64,000 nucleotides of DNA from Candidatus Multivoradales bacterium (GTDB taxonomy: Bacteria > Acidobacteriota > Thermoanaerobaculia > Multivoradales > JAHEKO01): positions 256,001-320,000 of the forward strand of contig CBDFIJ010000004.1 in NCBI GenBank assembly GCA_965248055.1, read 5' to 3'. Shown here piece after piece: positions 60,149-64,000 of the stretch. The position numbers and the translations under genes were made by a program. Positions within the stretch are counted from its first letter, which is position 1. Each line of letters begins with the position of its first letter. A model generated the notes under the pieces. That model ran no database searches and was not told the DNA's origin. It saw nothing but the letters and a program-made list of their open reading frames with translations.

Positions 60149-61894
60149 TTGGTTGATCGTGTCGAGATCTTAAGGTGGGGCGGCGGCGCCTTGGTAATCG
60201 CGCTATTGCAGTCTGTTGTTACGCCCCTGATCGGTCCAATTGAAGCAAACCCCTGGATGGTGGTTGGAGTATTGGTGCCTTTCGCAGTTGGAGTAGGGAT
60301 TCTCGCCCAACCGTTGTACCGCGATCGAAGGGTATTGTTGGGAGGGGGTTTCCTAGGCTTTTTCTTAGCGTATTGCCTGTTGTTCTCCCTGGTGGCGAGC
60401 AATGATGTCTTGTCCGGTCAGCGCACCGAGATTGCCGGCTATCAAGAGACTCCGTCCAACGCTTTCGGGCTGGGCAGGCTGGGAGATTGGCGCTACAAGA
60501 TTGCCCCAGCGGCTCCGGGCGGTGAGGACATTCTGGTTGTTGTGGGTGAGACGGAAGGGAAGGAGAGATCTTCCGTTAGGGTGCTTTTTGCCAACCTGAT
60601 CAAAGCAGCAGTGAAACGGCGGGCCAAGGGGGTCGCGTTCGACTTCTTTCTGGAACAATCTTCGAGCGCAGATTCAAGGCTTTGTACTGAAGTTAATGCA
60701 GCCTGGGCCGCTGGAGTACCAGTATTTTTTGGCCAACGTCACACGATCAGTGAACATGGATTGGTAAACCCGGTCTCTCCCTCCGAAAGTCTCGACTGCT
60801 TGGATGGAAGGTTGGGGAGCTTGTCTGGTTACCGTGAAGCGGACGGCAAAGTACGAATGATCCTGCCTTACTTGCGCGGCGATGAAGCATACGCAAGCCT
60901 TAGCACCAAGGTAGCAGAGCAACTCTCTGGTAAGGAACTTCGTGGTTTGCCGGAAAAGCGTCTATTGCGATTTCTCCCACCCGACCGTGAGCCAGCCCCG
61001 GTTGTTGGCTGGCCACTTTCCTACTCTGCGACGGAAGACTTTTCGGGGCGATTTGTTTTTGTTGGGGCGGCTGGAAACGATAGTCATGAGACCGCTTTCG
61101 GAAAGGTGGCCGGAGTGCGCATTCACGCATGGGCTGCTCACGCGCTTCGCACCGCTTCGTTCCTGCGGCGTACCGATTATCGCTGGACTTTGCTCAGTCT
61201 GTTCGGCGCCTTCTACGTGCTTACCCTGGTGCAGGCACACGGGGGTGGGCGCCGGGACTTGATCGTTTCGGCAGCGGCACTGTCTCTTGGCTTTATCGCT
61301 GCTGCTGTTGTCGCGGCCCGGTTTGGTCGTATGTGGGTCGACATTAGTTATCCGTTGATTGGGATCTGGATCTTGACTGGGCTCCTGTCGGGCGGTGCTG
61401 TCTTACAAGCTGGTCGACGGCGGGTTGACAGCAAAGAGCCGCTTATTGTTGAAGCGGCCGGTGGCGGCGTTGGGCCTAGTGATGTATTCCTCAGTCACAA
61501 TTCGAAGAACAAGCCACTGGTAAGAGAATTGGCGGATGCGTTGCAAGCCCGTGAGCTTGCTGTTTGGCTTGATGAATGGGAGTTAGTACCTGGCCGTAGC
61601 TGGCAGGAAGAATTAGAAACAGCCATCAGCACCACCCGTTCGGCAGCGGTATTGGTGGGTGCGCAGGGACTAGGACCATGGGAAATCCCGGAGATGAGAG
61701 CGTGTATTTCCGAGTGCGTGGATCGAGGCATGCCGGTAATCCCGGTACTTCTTCCTGGTGCCTCCCGCGCACCAGATTTGCCGCTTTTCCTCAGAAGCTT
61801 CACCTGGGTTGACTTGCGCAAGGGGTTGAGCGAAAAGGGATTGGATCGCTTGCAGTGGGGGATTACGGGTGTGAAACCAAAACGCGCTCGCTAG
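60149..61894 (+). CDS. CHASE2 sensor - transmembrane - TIR domain protein
   Basis: CHASE2 motifs GVAFDFFL, DGKVR, GRFVFVG, D.H.T.FG and GVRIHA, then three TM helices; TIR from 61481: DVFLSHNS, VWLDEWEL.PG..WQ, GPWEIPE, VIPVLLPG, WVDLR. Confidence 0.85.
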   Translation: MVDRVEILRWGGGALVIALLQSVVTPLIGPIEANPWMVVGVLVPFAVGVGILAQPLYRDRRVLLGGGFLGFFLAYCLLFSLVASNDVLSGQRTEIAGYQETPSNAFGLGRLGDWRYKIAPAAPGGEDILVVVGETEGKERSSVRVLFANLIKAAVKRRAKGVAFDFFLEQSSSADSRLCTEVNAAWAAGVPVFFGQRHTISEHGLVNPVSPSESLDCLDGRLGSLSGYREADGKVRMILPYLRGDEAYASLSTKVAEQLSGKELRGLPEKRLLRFLPPDREPAPVVGWPLSYSATEDFSGRFVFVGAAGNDSHETAFGKVAGVRIHAWAAHALRTASFLRRTDYRWTLLSLFGAFYVLTLVQAHGGGRRDLIVSAAALSLGFIAAAVVAARFGRMWVDISYPLIGIWILTGLLSGGAVLQAGRRRVDSKEPLIVEAAGGGVGPSDVFLSHNSKNKPLVRELADALQARELAVWLDEWELVPGRSWQEELETAISTTRSAAVLVGAQGLGPWEIPEMRACISECVDRGMPVIPVLLPGASRAPDLPLFLRSFTWVDLRKGLSEKGLDRLQWGITGVKPKRAR

Positions 61895-62049
61895 CAATGC
61901 TGGGGGAACCAAACCACTCCAGCGTTGAGTCGGGTTCTTGCAGTTTCCTGCGACCAAGTGACCGCTATTTAAACTCACTACGCAGCAAGTACCTGCCATT
62001 GGTATGTTTGCCATGGAGGTTCTCTTGATCGTCCACCAAAAGGAGCACC

Positions 62050-62265
62050 ATGCCCGAATTCGTAAAAGTTGTTTATCAAGAAGACCGCGCGGTGAACATT
62101 GACGGCGACCCGTCTGGACGGGTTGGTGATGTGTTGCGGGTGCAGAAGGGGAGGCATACCTTCAACATGGGGGCACCGCGGGACTACAAGCCCAAGTGGC
62201 GCAGGCCGATGGTCGAAGGGACCAATCCCCTGCGCCCGATGAAGGTGACCTTTGAACCGAAGTAG
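62050..62265 (+). CDS. Small 71-aa beta-rich protein (PEGA-like)
   Basis: AAGGAG RBS; V.IDG...G....LRV..G.HTF pattern. Confidence 0.65.
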   Translation: MPEFVKVVYQEDRAVNIDGDPSGRVGDVLRVQKGRHTFNMGAPRDYKPKWRRPMVEGTNPLRPMKVTFEPK

Positions 62266-62282
62266 TCGGATCGTGGTCCTAG

Positions 62283-63598
62283 GAGCTTGCTGAAAAACCC
62301 CACCACCGGACCATAACGATTCTATAATTGGGAATAGGAGGTTTTGATGCGTGGATCGGATCAAGGTCAGGGATCAATGTTCAGCTACGTTGACCTGGAA
62401 CGGCGAATTCCTCGGTCTCATCCGTTGCGGCGGATCCGAAGTTTGATGGACGAAGCTCTTGGAGAGCTATCGGAGCGTTTTGAGACGATCTACGCTTCGA
62501 GTGGTCGTCCTTCGATTCCCCCCGAGCGTCTGCTCCGCGCATTGCTGCTTCAAGTGCTCTTCAGCGTGCGTAGTGAACGCCAGCTGATGGAGCAACTTGA
62601 GTACAACCTTCTATTTCGCTGGTTTGTCGGTCTTGGTATCGACGAGCGGGTGTGGGACGCGACGACGTTTTGCAAGAACCGAGAGCGCTTGCTCGAAGGT
62701 TCGATCGCGGAAGAACTGTTTGCAGCGGTGCTGTCTCAAGCCGAGGACCGTGATCTGCTGTCACCGGATCACTTCAGCGTTGATGGCACACTGATCGAGG
62801 CTTGGGCTTCGCACAAGAGCTTTCGGCCAAAGGACGAAGAGGTTAAACCTCTGGACGGTGGAGCGGACTTCCGAGGCCAGAAGCGGTTGAACCAAACGCA
62901 CGCTTCGACGACCGACCCCGAGTCTCGGCTGTCGCGAAAAGGCCGTGGTAAGGAAGCAAAACTAAGCTACCGGGGCAACATTCTGGTCGAGAACCGGCAC
63001 GGGATGATTGTCAACACCGAGGTCAACATCGTCACCGGCAACGGTGAGACAACAGCGGCTCTGGCCATGCTGGAGCAGCGGGCTAGCAATCATCGCGTCA
63101 CGGTGGGTGCTGACAAGGGCTATGACAACCGAGCGTTTGTAGAGAATGCGAGGAAGCTGAATGCGACACCTCACGTAGCGCAAAGCACCAAGAATCGCCG
63201 CAGCCGGATTGACCGACGCACCACTCGCCACGCAGGTTACGAGATCAGCTTGGCGAGACGACCGAGAGTCGAGGCACCCTTCGGCTGGCTCAAACAGTAC
63301 GGACTGCAACGCAGACCGATGTTTCGAGGCGTAGCCCGCATCGGTTGGTCTTTCACTTTTGCGGCAACAGCGTTTAACTTGCTCCGAATAGCCAATCTGA
63401 GCGCGCCAACATGACGATTTTCTATCCCAAGTGCTCCTCAAATCGCTCGAATCACCCGGTAGGGCGAATCGAAGAGCTGACCCAAGGGGTCACCAACACC
63501 CTCAACTCGCCAGCCACCTTGATTCGTCTCCACATTCAAAGTACTTCGACCGTTATGACCACTGAAATTAGCTCCGTTGCCCTTTTTTCAGCAGGCTG
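62283..63598 (+). mobile_element. IS5-family (DUF772-type) insertion sequence
   Basis: IRs GAGCTTGCTGAAAAA / TTTTTCAGCAGGCTG; CTAG target duplication at 62279-62282 and 63599-63602. Confidence 0.92.
62347..63414 (+). CDS. IS5-family transposase
   Basis: GRPSIPPERLLRALLLQ, FSVDGTLIEAWAS, GADKGYD and R.RVE..FGW motifs. Confidence 0.95.
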   Translation: MRGSDQGQGSMFSYVDLERRIPRSHPLRRIRSLMDEALGELSERFETIYASSGRPSIPPERLLRALLLQVLFSVRSERQLMEQLEYNLLFRWFVGLGIDERVWDATTFCKNRERLLEGSIAEELFAAVLSQAEDRDLLSPDHFSVDGTLIEAWASHKSFRPKDEEVKPLDGGADFRGQKRLNQTHASTTDPESRLSRKGRGKEAKLSYRGNILVENRHGMIVNTEVNIVTGNGETTAALAMLEQRASNHRVTVGADKGYDNRAFVENARKLNATPHVAQSTKNRRSRIDRRTTRHAGYEISLARRPRVEAPFGWLKQYGLQRRPMFRGVARIGWSFTFAATAFNLLRIANLSAPT

Positions 63599-63719
63599 CT
63601 AGGGGTCTGTTGGTTTGGACTAGCCTGCGCTCATCTTCAGCCCACTCAGGAGTTGCAGCGGTGGGATGGGAAAACTGGCTACCGATTTAGCAACCTGGAT
63701 CAAGGTGAGAACTCCGACT

Positions 63720-64000
63720 CGGAACCTGTCAACAACTTTGAGACAGTTGGCAGAATTAATTAGTGAATCGGGACAACCTCCTTGGTGCGCTGATGTTTGG
63801 GTGGGTTGATCCAGACGGCCCTCGGTAATAGCTGAACGGTCGGTCTTCCACGGACAAATCGCTGTGGGTTGTTTCGCCAAGCTTGGTCAAGGGCCAGTTG
63901 ACGGATCTTGAGCTTGTGGTCGGCCTTGCCGCAGTGGACATCTTCGGGTGTCAGCATGGCGATGCCGGCGTGCCGGTGCTGGGTGTTGTACCAGATAAAG
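63720..64000 (-). mobile_element. IS3-like element copy 2 (3' end, inverted; runs off the window)
   Basis: Reverse complement of about 58285-58563 with scattered substitutions; the terminal ~70 bp are identical. Confidence 0.93.

Overview
GC-rich bacterial chromosome segment. Gene content and order resemble Acidobacteriota, which is an inference. Positions 1-53.9 kb are mostly core genes: a 5-oxoprolinase cluster (DUF2891-NRAMP-pxpABC, interrupted by an IS5-family element), queG, trpS-scpA-scpB-rluB-cmk, recG, rnpB, uvrBC, PBP1A, prs-rplY-pth-hppA-rpsF-rpsR-rplI, several transporters and secreted proteins, and tRNA-Lys/tRNA-Glu. An accessory island starts at the 3' end of tRNA-Glu (53.9 kb) and runs off the window. 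It holds a probable serine-recombinase remnant, nested IS elements and, between two inverted IS3-like copies, an intact three-gene module: exported FecR-like protein + CHASE2-membrane-TIR receptor + small beta protein. This module is the best candidate for an undescribed system. Signals the ORF track misses or splits: an AhpD/CMD-family selenoprotein (CxxU with a SECIS hairpin in the fdhF register), a RelE-like toxin with a CTG start, a frameshifted hicA, a frameshifted DUF2905 gene, MITE/REP-like palindromes and an S6:S18 leader. All domain calls come from motif recognition by eye; no searches were run.
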